Under the pieces are notes generated by a model, which was not told the origin of the DNA, ran no database searches, and worked only from the letters and a program-made list of their open reading frames with translations. Shown here one piece after another: positions 27,990 to 37,456 of a stretch of DNA of 64,000 nt. A program made the position numbers and the translations under genes. Numbering within the stretch: position 1 is the stretch's first letter; each line of letters starts with the position of its first letter. The stretch lies in assembly GCA_905214315.1 (NCBI GenBank), contig CAJMLN010000004.1, positions 14,521 to 78,520 on the forward strand, written 5' to 3'. This DNA comes from an uncultured bacterium (GTDB taxonomy: Bacteria > Bacillota > Clostridia > Christensenellales > QALW01).

Positions 27990-30206
27990 TTATGTTCCTG
28001 TTAAAAAGCGGTTGACAACCAGCTGCCTGAATTCCGGGGAAAGCGACGCAAAATAGGCTGTAAAACCGGTTACACGTACAACAAGGTCAGGATACTGCTC
28101 AGGATTTTTATGAGCTTGTAATAATTTTTCGCCGTCCAGAATATTGATATTAATCAGCGTGCCGCCTAACCGAAAATGAGTTTTGATCAGATCCAGTATC
28201 ACCTGCACGCCGCCCTCCTCAAGGGTAATTTGGGGATCAAACTCCAATTGCAGCGGCGCTGTGTTGCCGCGCCCGCACTGAATACCTGCAATGCCGGTAG
28301 AGAGCGCGGTCACCGCACCGTCGATGCGGAAATGCGGGTTAGGATTGGCTCCGTGGGAGATGGGCTCGCCCCTTCTTCTTCCGTTGGGGGTAGCTCCTAC
28401 CGCCTGCCCGTACTCAATGCTTCTTGCCCAGGAAAACAAGCCCGGCACAAGCCGCCGGCCAGCCGGCATTTCCTGGGTTACTACGATTTTCGTCCACAGG
28501 GCGCTGATTCTCTTAGCCCAAGCGTCCGCTGCCGTACCGCCGCCGCAGTATTTGGGTGTGGCCTGCAGCATCAGGCGCAGCCGCTCATCTGCAAAATTAT
28601 TTTCCAGCGCTTCAAACAATTCGTTCCAGGAAAGCCTATGTTCCCGCTCGATGCGCTCCTCCATTGCGCCGAAGGAATCCGCCGCTACGGCAAGTGCCGC
28701 GCCGTCCACGCCCACGGTGAAAAGCTCGGCGCACTGCGAAGCGTCCAGTCCTTTTTCCAGACAATTGTGAAACATCAGATTCATAATCAGTTCCGGCGTT
28801 ACCTCATGGATGTGATCCAAATGCAGGTTTACGCCCTTGGCAACGGTATTCACCGCGCGAACCAAATGCTTTTGGAATAAGGCGAAGAGCCTTTCTGTAG
28901 ACGGACTGCTTTCCGCCTGCATTTCTATCAGCGCTTGTTCCAGAACTTTGGCAAGATTGACTTTTACGGTATCGTTCATCGGAAACTCTCTGCCCGGAAC
29001 ACACATCCAGTTGCAGCCGACGGCAATGCGCTGCCGCGCGGTTTTTTTGTCTACGCCGTTTTTCATATACCCGTCGCACAAATTTTTATCATCGCAGAAC
29101 CGGGGCCAGCCGTTTTTGTTTTTGAATAAGTAATATACGGCCTTTTCCAAAAATGCAGGATCGCAGTTTTCATGTACGCGCACGGTCAGGTTGCAGGAAA
29201 TATTGATCCTGTCCGCAGCTTCTAAAGCAAGGTAGGAAAGATGGTTTGTCAGATCACGGTCGTTTTCGTCCACACCGGAGAGCTGATAATAATGTGGGTC
29301 GATCAAAAGCAGATTGGCAAGAAGAAAGATGGCCGTTTCATCATCTATATTTCCATTTTTTTTGTCATTTTCGTAAAAGGGAAGCAGCAAAGTATCCAGC
29401 TGAAAGCCCGCGCCGTCACGGGTATAGATGCGGGCGGCGCAGTTAAAAAACGCCGTCCACTGACAGGCCTCATGAAATGTTTGGGGTCTATTCAGCCGGA
29501 TGTTTTGGCAGGCCGAAAGCATTTTTTCAAGGCTCTCCCTGATTTCAGGCCGGGCTTCATGCTTCAGCAGCTCCTGAATTTTTTCAATATGCCGGTCAAT
29601 AAAAGCGATAATCGCGCGCACGCATCTTTCTTCGGCATCATAAAACGCCTGCTTTTGGGGATTTTGTTTTCTTCCTTCGGCTATCTTTTTTAAAAAACCG
29701 CCAAAGCCTAATGAAAACCCAATGCGGTAATCACAGGCAAAGTGCGCGTCGCCATCAATGCCGGAGGCAATGTTGTACTTTTCCTGCAGGGGTTTTAAAT
29801 CGTCATAGGGAAAGTGTTTTTCATCCCAGCGCTTGCTCCACTGGGCCGTTGCGCCGCGCTGCATAAAATTGCGGAGCCTGGTGTTTTTTTGAATCCAGTC
29901 GGGCATATAATGGATATCTCCCCGGTAGTTTACCAGCATATCGCGCCATCTTCCGCAAAGCATTTCCATCGGATCTACATAGGGTTCGTGCGCGTCTATT
30001 ACCCGGCAGAAATTTTCACTCATTCCGTCCAGCCCGTAAAAGCTGCCGTTTTCACTATTGTACCACGGCTCTACATAATATCCCTCCGGCAGGGGAACGG
30101 TGCCGAAATCGTCCAGATCGGTATAGCCGTTTTGCTTTTTTTTCGCCAGTGTATGGGCGATTTTTGTCTGCCTCATATAGCGCAGTCTATCTTGATAGGT
30201 CAGCAT
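27990..30206 (-). CDS. Glycyl radical enzyme (PFL2/dehydratase-like superfamily), substrate unknown
   Basis: 738 aa. The C-terminal glycyl-radical motif is 'VVRVTGFTAYFASLSPEFRQLVVNRF' (Gly714). 'ATPNGRRRGEPISHGANP' corresponds to the 'TPDGR' motif. The candidate thiyl-Cys loop is 'IAVGCNWMCVPG'. Confidence 0.9.
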   Translation of the reverse strand: MLTYQDRLRYMRQTKIAHTLAKKKQNGYTDLDDFGTVPLPEGYYVEPWYNSENGSFYGLDGMSENFCRVIDAHEPYVDPMEMLCGRWRDMLVNYRGDIHYMPDWIQKNTRLRNFMQRGATAQWSKRWDEKHFPYDDLKPLQEKYNIASGIDGDAHFACDYRIGFSLGFGGFLKKIAEGRKQNPQKQAFYDAEERCVRAIIAFIDRHIEKIQELLKHEARPEIRESLEKMLSACQNIRLNRPQTFHEACQWTAFFNCAARIYTRDGAGFQLDTLLLPFYENDKKNGNIDDETAIFLLANLLLIDPHYYQLSGVDENDRDLTNHLSYLALEAADRINISCNLTVRVHENCDPAFLEKAVYYLFKNKNGWPRFCDDKNLCDGYMKNGVDKKTARQRIAVGCNWMCVPGREFPMNDTVKVNLAKVLEQALIEMQAESSPSTERLFALFQKHLVRAVNTVAKGVNLHLDHIHEVTPELIMNLMFHNCLEKGLDASQCAELFTVGVDGAALAVAADSFGAMEERIEREHRLSWNELFEALENNFADERLRLMLQATPKYCGGGTAADAWAKRISALWTKIVVTQEMPAGRRLVPGLFSWARSIEYGQAVGATPNGRRRGEPISHGANPNPHFRIDGAVTALSTGIAGIQCGRGNTAPLQLEFDPQITLEEGGVQVILDLIKTHFRLGGTLININILDGEKLLQAHKNPEQYPDLVVRVTGFTAYFASLSPEFRQLVVNRFLTGT

Positions 30207-30996
30207 ATTGCCGCAGCTCCTTCATTTTCTCTTTTTGGGGAATTTCAAATTTCTGCTGCCGTATTCCCAGCGCTTTTGCCTTGCTCAGGCCCAGTGGATG
30301 ATAGGGCAGCAGCTCATATTCCGTTACGTTTTTTAAACGCCGGATAAAATCTCCGGTTTGCCGTATATTTTTGGCCGTATCGTTTACAGTGGGGATGATT
30401 GGTGTACGGATTTTTATCGGAATCCCCAGTGCGTCAGCTTTTTGTATGTTCTGTAAAATCTGCCCGTTATCCGCGCCGGTATATTCCCGGTGCTTTGCGC
30501 CGTCGAATATTTTTATATCGGCCATGATAAAATCCGCCCGCGCTAAAACATCGGCGTCAAAGAAATACAGGCTCGTTTCCACGGCGGTATGAAGCCCTGC
30601 CTGCCGGCAAAGCGTTAAAACCTCCGCGGCAAACCGGGGTTGTGCCAAAGGCTCGCCGCCGGAGAGCGTAACGCCGCCGGAAACTCCATAATAGGGCTTA
30701 TCCGCAAGCACGGCCTGCAGAACCTGCTGCGCGGTCATCTCTGTTCCGCAGGGCACGCGCGCGCCGGCATAGCAGCCCTCCGCGCACCTGCCGCAGCCAA
30801 TACATTTTTCCGGGTAAAAGAGTTCCTGCCTTGCAAAGGAGATACATTCCGGGTTATGGCACCACCGGCACGAAAGCGGACAGCCCTTGAAAAAGACCGT
30901 TGTGCGGAGACCCGGACCGTCGTGAATGGACGCGCGCTGGATATCCGCAATCATTCCTTTACACACCGATAGGTTCCTCTTTTTTACTTTCTGCAC
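30187..30996 (-). CDS. Glycyl-radical enzyme activating enzyme (radical SAM)
   Basis: 'IQRASIHDGPGLRTTVFFKGCPLSCRWCHNPE' is the N-terminal GRE-AE signature with the CxxxCxxC motif. It has one extra ferredoxin-like motif, 'CIGCGRCAEGC'. It overlaps the GRE start by 20 nt. The start could instead be the ATG at 30954. Confidence 0.9.
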   Translation of the reverse strand: MQKVKKRNLSVCKGMIADIQRASIHDGPGLRTTVFFKGCPLSCRWCHNPECISFARQELFYPEKCIGCGRCAEGCYAGARVPCGTEMTAQQVLQAVLADKPYYGVSGGVTLSGGEPLAQPRFAAEVLTLCRQAGLHTAVETSLYFFDADVLARADFIMADIKIFDGAKHREYTGADNGQILQNIQKADALGIPIKIRTPIIPTVNDTAKNIRQTGDFIRRLKNVTEYELLPYHPLGLSKAKALGIRQQKFEIPQKEKMKELRQYADLSR

Positions 30997-32056
30997 TTGT
31001 GATGATGGCTTCCAGCATGGCCATTACCTCAACATTTTTGCTTAGCGTTGCCATAGGAGGCATTTTCTCTTTTGTTTGCTTATGCCAAGCATATAAATGC
31101 GGCATATCGGTCATCTCCGGCCCAAAGGGGATTTCGGGAACCTTCACCGGATTGCCGTATAAGTCAAATGCCTCAACGCCGGGCTGATTTTCTGCGCCGC
31201 CGGTACATAAAAGCACGCCTTGGCTGCACATGACCATCGGCCCGGAGGGGATTACGGCCCGCGGCGTTGTCCAGGTACCCTCCAGCACCGCCATTCTTTT
31301 ATCATACCGAATTACAGCAGCAAAATTATCGGCGGTATCCCCAAAGGGCGTATTCAGTTCCTGGCCCACTGCCATTACGCTTTTTCCACTGCCGAACAGC
31401 CATTGGGCAAAAAAGCAGCCGTAGCAGCCGATATCCAAAAATACGCCGCCGCCGTACTTTTTTTGGTGCCACCATGTCTTTTGACGCTGGGCATCGGTCA
31501 TTTCCTCCGCGTTTGCGGCTACACCCCGATGTCTTGCGCCCTTTCCCAAAGGTCCGGTGTGGCCGTTAATGTACCGCAGCTTCAGCGGTTCGCCCACAAG
31601 GTGAGCGTCCAAAGCGTTTTTCATTTTATGTAAATACGCACGCCACATGACCGGCCAGTTTACATAGGCCTCAATTCCGTATTTTTCAGCAAGCGCTTCG
31701 ATATCACGGGCGTCCTGCAAATTTGCCGCCATGGGCTTTTCAAGAACGATGTTGATACCGCGTGCTGCGCAGGCCTCGGCGGCCTTTCTTTTTTGGGAAT
31801 TTTCCGTAAGAATAAAGGCTATCTCCGGTTTCACCTCATCCAGCATCCGGCAGTAATCCTCATAAATACGGGGACAAAAATTTGTGCGTATATTTTCCCT
31901 GTTCCATTCCGGTGTGTACCGGAGCGGCGCAATTTTTTCTACACCCGAAGGGATATCCGCAGCCGCCTCCAGGCTGTATTCCGGGTGCCGGCTGATATAC
32001 AGGGCAACCTCGTTTACATGCATATGGGCAAAGCCGATAATCACTGCTTTTATCAT
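30959..32056 (-). CDS. Gfo/Idh/MocA-family oxidoreductase, non-canonical N-terminal dinucleotide loop
   Basis: An 'EKPMA' motif is present. The N-terminus is 'MIKAVIIGFAHMHVNE' rather than GxGxxG. I prefer the start at 32056, which forms an ATGA overlap with the upstream stop and has a GGCGGAGG Shine-Dalgarno sequence. Confidence 0.75.
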   Translation of the reverse strand: MIKAVIIGFAHMHVNEVALYISRHPEYSLEAAADIPSGVEKIAPLRYTPEWNRENIRTNFCPRIYEDYCRMLDEVKPEIAFILTENSQKRKAAEACAARGINIVLEKPMAANLQDARDIEALAEKYGIEAYVNWPVMWRAYLHKMKNALDAHLVGEPLKLRYINGHTGPLGKGARHRGVAANAEEMTDAQRQKTWWHQKKYGGGVFLDIGCYGCFFAQWLFGSGKSVMAVGQELNTPFGDTADNFAAVIRYDKRMAVLEGTWTTPRAVIPSGPMVMCSQGVLLCTGGAENQPGVEAFDLYGNPVKVPEIPFGPEMTDMPHLYAWHKQTKEKMPPMATLSKNVEVMAMLEAIITSAESKKEEPIGV

Positions 32057-33168
32057 AATTCCTCCGCCTTGATTTCTCTGTTTTCTTCCGCCGAACGGTA
32101 GAAGCATTCGATAGCCTTGGTAACCTCCAGGTTTTGTTCCTGGGTAATTAAATATTCCGTTTTGCCGGCCAGCACATCCATAATATGGCGGTACATATAG
32201 CGGTGCTGCTCAAAGGGAACACCTCGGTATGGACCGTTATCAAACCATTTCATACGGCATTCACTCTGAAAACGGCCGATGTTTTTATACAGTGTTTCAC
32301 CGTTTACCGAAAGCCCGCCTTTATCGCCGCAGATAACCATATCCAGATTCGTCGTCGGCAGATTCAGCGCCCAGGAAAATTTAAAATTTACGCTCATGCC
32401 GCCCTTCAGGCGCATAAAGCCGGCAGCAAAGTCCTCTACGTTGAATTCACGGTAATCATAGGGCCGGGGCGTAAAGGTTCCCGCATAGGCGCCGCTTTCG
32501 GCAATGCTTAATAAAATATCCTCTCCCTGATTTGCAATTTTTGTATAGGCGCTGCCGGAAACGGCTTCTACCTTTTTATTGCCTGCAATCCAAAGCAGCG
32601 AATCCATTAAATGCACGCCCAGGTCACAGAACGGTCCGCCAAAATTATGCTCCTTCATATGGAACATACCCCAGGTGGGAATGCCAATGCGGCGGATAAA
32701 TGCGATATCCGAAAAATAAACCTCGCCCAGCTCGCCGCTTTCTACCAGCTCTTTGGATTTTTGCATATAGCTGCGCCACCGCATACACTGGCAGGGAAAT
32801 AAGTGCCTGTTATACTTTTCAGCTGCCGCCCACATCTCCTTTGCATCGGCCAGCGTAAGGGCAATGGGCTTTTCACATGCTACATGCGCGCCGGCCTGCA
32901 GTGCTTTTATCGTCCATTCCTTATGATACTGATTGGGTGTACACACCGCTACAAAATCCGGCTTCAGCTCCTCCAGCATTTGCTGGGGGTCAGCATACCA
33001 CTTTTCCACGCTATGACGCTTCGCAGTTTCCTCCGCGGCTTCCGGGCGGATATCCGCTACTCCCACTACCTCTGCCAGACCCTCCTCCCGCAGAATATTC
33101 AGCGCCGGAAAGTGGGCGCTGTTTGCAATCATGCCGGTACCGATGACCGCCACACGCAATTTGTTCAT
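32053..33168 (-). CDS. Gfo/Idh/MocA-family oxidoreductase (canonical)
   Basis: 371 aa. 'LRVAVIGTGMIANSAH' is the Rossmann loop and 'CEKPIA' is also present. Confidence 0.85.
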   Translation of the reverse strand: MNKLRVAVIGTGMIANSAHFPALNILREEGLAEVVGVADIRPEAAEETAKRHSVEKWYADPQQMLEELKPDFVAVCTPNQYHKEWTIKALQAGAHVACEKPIALTLADAKEMWAAAEKYNRHLFPCQCMRWRSYMQKSKELVESGELGEVYFSDIAFIRRIGIPTWGMFHMKEHNFGGPFCDLGVHLMDSLLWIAGNKKVEAVSGSAYTKIANQGEDILLSIAESGAYAGTFTPRPYDYREFNVEDFAAGFMRLKGGMSVNFKFSWALNLPTTNLDMVICGDKGGLSVNGETLYKNIGRFQSECRMKWFDNGPYRGVPFEQHRYMYRHIMDVLAGKTEYLITQEQNLEVTKAIECFYRSAEENREIKAEEL

Positions 33169-33215
33169 TTTCTTTCACCTCATATAATGCTCCGGCGTAG
33201 GAGCCGGCGCTGTAA

Positions 33216-34655
33216 TTATTCGTTTTTAACCTCGCATACAGCCCGCTGTATCGCTCGGTAATAACTGTCGTTCATGCTTTTTTCAGTGTTTTCCGAAAGT
33301 GTCGGGCAGATCCAGCCTCCCTCGTCATGCTCGTTCCAGGCATAGATAAGCAGGGTGTTTGGCCTGCTTTCTTCATGCGCTTTCTGCAGGCGCAGTATAT
33401 TTTTAGCATGAAGATACAGCTCTTCCTCGGAGGCAGGCAGGGAATAATGCGTTCCGCTCATCCAGGAAACGGGGTTTTCAATCCGCGGGCGGAAATCGTG
33501 CCCCAGGCAAAGCAGGGGAACGTGGTCAAGTCCCGTCTGCAAAGAATACCGCATCCGACACATATCCTCATTCCGCCGGGAAAAGGAAGCATAGGGCTCT
33601 CCCGGCTGATCGGATATAAAACCGTAGGAACCAATGGCGTCAAAACCCATATCTTTTATTTTGTAAACGGGATACGGCTGCGGCTGAGCGTTCATACCGA
33701 TGTAATACGGCTCGGGATTTCCGGCGCTTTGAGCTGCCCTTGTGATATGGGCACGGTACGCGCCGTCAGCATGTACGGCGTCAAATACATAGAGAACGGG
33801 ACGGCCGTCAAATTTCAGATAATATTCTTCCTTCATCTGCCGTGCCAGCCCGGCAAGCGTTTCGTCATCCAGTCCGGAAACACGTACAATGGCCGTCATT
33901 TTTATCCTATTCCGGTATTTTGATTGTGCATGCCGCTTTCGGGCGTAGCTCATGGGATCGTTATCACGGTACCAGCAATAAGCAAAATAATCGATTCCCG
34001 CCGCTATTGCCAATTTGGCTTCGGTATCAAACCGTTCCTGTGTCTCCGGCGGAAACGAAAGGCTGCCATCCGCCTCTTCTTTGGAAAAAAACGGAGCTCG
34101 CCAATGAAATTTTTTGGGGGAAAGCGCCCGTGCAACCTGACGTGAAACATTGCTTTTCGTATCGTGTGTGGAAAAATAGGCGTCCCACCGGATAGCGCCG
34201 ACGGAAAACGGCTGCCTCGAAATCTCCGCTTTTGGTTTCTGCGCGGGGAGAATTTCCTCGGTAACAATTTCTTTTACCCAAATATCACAAAGAGGCGTAC
34301 CGGTATCCTGCATAAAATAAGCCGTCACCTCCTGCAGACCGGGGACGAAGGAAAAATCGCCGGAGAGCCATACCCAGCTTTGGTCCGTTACCAAGACTTT
34401 TTCGCCGGTATCGTAGGCAATGAATTCCTGACTGCAATGGATATAGCGCAGCATATGGCATACAGCCAAAGAAACCGGCTGTGCGCCGGAAGCAAGCTTC
34501 AGGCAATAACGCGTTCTGCCGCCGGAGGCGGGCGTCAGCCGAAGCGCCGGCGAAGAATAAGGCTGTGTTCTGTTCTTTACAAAAAGCACCCCGCCACGCG
34601 GCTCCAAAACCGCGCCTCCCTCGTTAAAAAGACGGCTGTCTGAAAATGATATCAT
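33216..34655 (-). CDS. Cytoplasmic GH99/WbsX-like (beta/alpha)8 glycosidase-like protein with an N-terminal beta-sandwich
   Basis: 479 aa with no signal peptide. It is a paralogue of the next gene, sharing 'IRWDAY', 'SPKKFHWRAPFF', 'IDYFAY', 'NPVSWM' and 'YAWNEHDEGGWICPT'. The last motif resembles the 'NEW/HxEG' motif of GH99/WbsX-type folds. The family assignment is an inference. Confidence 0.45.
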   Translation of the reverse strand: MISFSDSRLFNEGGAVLEPRGGVLFVKNRTQPYSSPALRLTPASGGRTRYCLKLASGAQPVSLAVCHMLRYIHCSQEFIAYDTGEKVLVTDQSWVWLSGDFSFVPGLQEVTAYFMQDTGTPLCDIWVKEIVTEEILPAQKPKAEISRQPFSVGAIRWDAYFSTHDTKSNVSRQVARALSPKKFHWRAPFFSKEEADGSLSFPPETQERFDTEAKLAIAAGIDYFAYCWYRDNDPMSYARKRHAQSKYRNRIKMTAIVRVSGLDDETLAGLARQMKEEYYLKFDGRPVLYVFDAVHADGAYRAHITRAAQSAGNPEPYYIGMNAQPQPYPVYKIKDMGFDAIGSYGFISDQPGEPYASFSRRNEDMCRMRYSLQTGLDHVPLLCLGHDFRPRIENPVSWMSGTHYSLPASEEELYLHAKNILRLQKAHEESRPNTLLIYAWNEHDEGGWICPTLSENTEKSMNDSYYRAIQRAVCEVKNE

Positions 34656-36508
34656 TTTGTTCCTTCTTTACGCTTTTTTTTTATAAGAAGCGATACGCCG
34701 GCTGCTGCTCCGATCACGCCGATACCCCCGCACAAAACGGGGATGAGCGGAAACTTATTTTCAATCGTTACTGCTGCCGGCGGTACCGTTGCTGTACTTT
34801 CATCCTTCGTGGGCGGCGCGGTATCGTCTGTTGTTCCGCCTGCATTTTCCCGGTGTTCGGCAATTGCTTTTTTCAGCGCATCCAAATGGCCAGTATTGAT
34901 TTTAGGCGTGCCGTCCTCATTGAAAAGCTGATTACCGTTTTCGTCCACCTCGATGGTTGGGCAAATCCAGCCTCCCTCGTCATGCTCATTCCAGGCATAG
35001 ACGGTAAGGGTATTGGCTTTGGTCGCATTTTGGATATCCTCTTGTTGCAGGTAATCGAGTGCTTCTTTTACAAAAGCGTACAATTCCTCGTCTGTGGCGT
35101 ACTGACCGTAGGAATTTTGACCGACCGTCATCCAGGAAACCGGGTTTTCAAACCGGGGTACGGTGTGCCAGCCAAAGGAGACATTGGGAATAAACTGATC
35201 GCTTGCTGCGAGGTTTTCCGCCCACATGACTTTGGCCTTTGAAACGATATCCGCGAAAGACGCTCCGTTGCTTACCGATACGCCGTAGCGTGCCGCCGCG
35301 TCACCGTAAACTTCCTTTACCTTTGCTGGTTCGTGCGACATAATCGCCACAAACGGTGCGTTTAATCCTTTCTTCTTACATTCGGCACGGTAATAGCCGA
35401 TATCGTCCTTCACCTTGGCCCATTGCGCATCGTTATCGATATACAGATATAAAAGCGGCCGGCCGTTCAGCACCGTCATATAATAGTCCTCTTCAAAAAG
35501 GCTTACGATTTCCCGGCGGAACTTATCCTGCCCGGGGGAGATGATGCAGCACATTTTGATGTCTGTATTATAAGCGCTGGCCTTATAGAATTCCCGTGCG
35601 GTTTTCATATCGCCGTCGTACATCAAAAACGCAAAGTAATCAATGCCCGCATCGATGGCATACTGCATTTCCTGATCGAAAATTTCCTGTGTATACTCGG
35701 GAATCTCAATATTTCCCTCTTCCGTAACTCTGGCAAAAAACGGGGCGCGGAAGTGATACTTGGCGGGAGAAAGCGTTTTTTCTACCTGGGAAAGAATACT
35801 GCTTTCGGTTCCTACCGTATCGTTATTATGGCCGTACCAGGCGTCCCAGCGGATCACGCCCACGGTGGTGTTTTCCTCCCGTACCGCACTGGAAACGTCA
35901 ATATGCGTTAGCGCATATTCTTCCTTTATCCCGTTCACTTCACTTACTTTTACAAGTGAAAAATCATCCATATAGTAAGCGGGTGCCTCTTCTTCTCCGG
36001 TACCTACTACCTGTACATAGACGTAAACGTGGTCTAAGCCGATCTCCTGGTCATACGTAAGCTCCTTTTCAATCGTAAACTCCTGCCAGCCGGTGGTAAG
36101 GTCCTTTTTAGCGCTGGTAAGATAGCTGTCATTTTTTTCGCCGATTTGCTTGTAATTGAGCACAAGCTGGCAGTTTGCCGGATAGCTTTCCTCCTCGGGC
36201 AGCCGCACCCAAACGCTGGCGCGGTAGGTGCCGGGCCCGCATTCCTTGATCTGATCCTTTACATTTTGCTGCCAGCAGGCCCATGCTCCCGCCCGGTTGG
36301 ATACCGAAGCGCCGTATTCCCCGCTGTGGGCATACTCGGGATCCACGTCTACGTCGCTATTGGGACCGTATTTGGCAAAGGGGAAGATCTCTCCTTCTTC
36401 AAAATCCCCGTTTATCAGCAGCTCGTCAGTCACGGCATGCGCGCATATCAAAGAAAAACACGATAAAAACAGAACGGATGCAAGCAAAAGTGCGTAAAAC
36501 TTTTTCAT
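34652..36508 (-). CDS. Secreted, C-terminally anchored CBM_4_9-like + GH99/WbsX-like protein
   Basis: The signal peptide is 'MKKFYALLLASVLFLSCFSLICAHA'. I prefer the start at 36508, with an AAAGGAGA Shine-Dalgarno sequence. 'LINGDFEEGEIFPF' is a CBM4/9-type opening. The catalytic-like domain carries 'VYAWNEHDEGGWICPT'. The C-terminus has a TM helix plus 'KKKRKEGTK'. Confidence 0.5.
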   Translation of the reverse strand: MKKFYALLLASVLFLSCFSLICAHAVTDELLINGDFEEGEIFPFAKYGPNSDVDVDPEYAHSGEYGASVSNRAGAWACWQQNVKDQIKECGPGTYRASVWVRLPEEESYPANCQLVLNYKQIGEKNDSYLTSAKKDLTTGWQEFTIEKELTYDQEIGLDHVYVYVQVVGTGEEEAPAYYMDDFSLVKVSEVNGIKEEYALTHIDVSSAVREENTTVGVIRWDAWYGHNNDTVGTESSILSQVEKTLSPAKYHFRAPFFARVTEEGNIEIPEYTQEIFDQEMQYAIDAGIDYFAFLMYDGDMKTAREFYKASAYNTDIKMCCIISPGQDKFRREIVSLFEEDYYMTVLNGRPLLYLYIDNDAQWAKVKDDIGYYRAECKKKGLNAPFVAIMSHEPAKVKEVYGDAAARYGVSVSNGASFADIVSKAKVMWAENLAASDQFIPNVSFGWHTVPRFENPVSWMTVGQNSYGQYATDEELYAFVKEALDYLQQEDIQNATKANTLTVYAWNEHDEGGWICPTIEVDENGNQLFNEDGTPKINTGHLDALKKAIAEHRENAGGTTDDTAPPTKDESTATVPPAAVTIENKFPLIPVLCGGIGVIGAAAGVSLLIKKKRKEGTK

Positions 36509-36589
36509 AGTTTCTCCTTTCCGATGGCCGGTCTTTTGCCGGCGTTTCCTATAAAGTTTATGGCGATAAAAGCTTATCGCCATATTTTT

Positions 36590-37456
36590 TTACTGTTCTT
36601 TTTTCTTTCGGGCAATGCCAATCAAGACCGGAACCGCAGTCAAGAATGCCGCCGAGGCGATCCAAAGCATCTTTGTGGAATCTCCCGTTATATACGCCTT
36701 ATCCGTGGTGGGCACTGCGCTCCAGGCTGTTTTTTGGTTTGTGGCCGTATAGGAGAGGAAGAAATCCGCCTCTTCAGCACTGCAGGCCACCACAAATTTA
36801 CTGCCCGAGAAAAGCGTCGGCTTAAAATCAAAACGTACAAACAGCTCTGAAAGCGGATAATTTGCCGTTTCCGTATGCGTAACCGTTACGGTGTTATCGC
36901 TGTTTACGGGCATGGATACCGTAAGCGTCGCCGATTTTCCCGGAGCAATGGTTACTGGATCGCTTGAGCTTTGACTGCCGCCGTACCAGCCGATGTTTTC
37001 ACCCGCGGCGTTTTTGTGAAGCACCTGCAGATACATTTGAATGTTCAGCTCCGTCTTGCCGATGTTATACACGGTATAGGATTTTTCAACCTTGCCTCCG
37101 GCAACGTCGCTGCTGCCGACAATACCGCTTTTGGATACTAAAAAGGCGTTGTTCAGATCCTGGGAAACCTCGTAAATAACACCGGTGACGGAATCGGCCT
37201 CCTCCGTCGGCGCGGGCGATTCCTGCTGGGAGACAGGCGTAAGGCTTACCTTGATATTATCCAAATACATCGGCCCTGTGGGCGCCTTTACCTGAACAAA
37301 ATAAATATTATAGTAAAATTCGTTGCTGTTGTTCTTCAATTCTTCTAAGGTACAGGGATATTCAGCGGTAAGCGTTACCCATTTTCCGTTGGCGGTTAAA
37401 ACCTCGCTGGCAGCCAAATTGCCCGAGGTATCGGCGCTGTCCTTTCTGAAATACAT
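36590..37456 (-). CDS. 3' segment of the interrupted surface-protein gene (domain B copy 2 + Ig-like region + C-terminal TM anchor)
   Basis: It is in the same frame as 37517..38698, separated only by a TAA and 20 sense codons. It has no Shine-Dalgarno sequence and no signal peptide of its own. The C-terminus is 'MLWIASAAFLTAVPVLIGIARKKKEQ'. Confidence 0.5.
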   Translation of the reverse strand: MYFRKDSADTSGNLAASEVLTANGKWVTLTAEYPCTLEELKNNSNEFYYNIYFVQVKAPTGPMYLDNIKVSLTPVSQQESPAPTEEADSVTGVIYEVSQDLNNAFLVSKSGIVGSSDVAGGKVEKSYTVYNIGKTELNIQMYLQVLHKNAAGENIGWYGGSQSSSDPVTIAPGKSATLTVSMPVNSDNTVTVTHTETANYPLSELFVRFDFKPTLFSGSKFVVACSAEEADFFLSYTATNQKTAWSAVPTTDKAYITGDSTKMLWIASAAFLTAVPVLIGIARKKKEQ

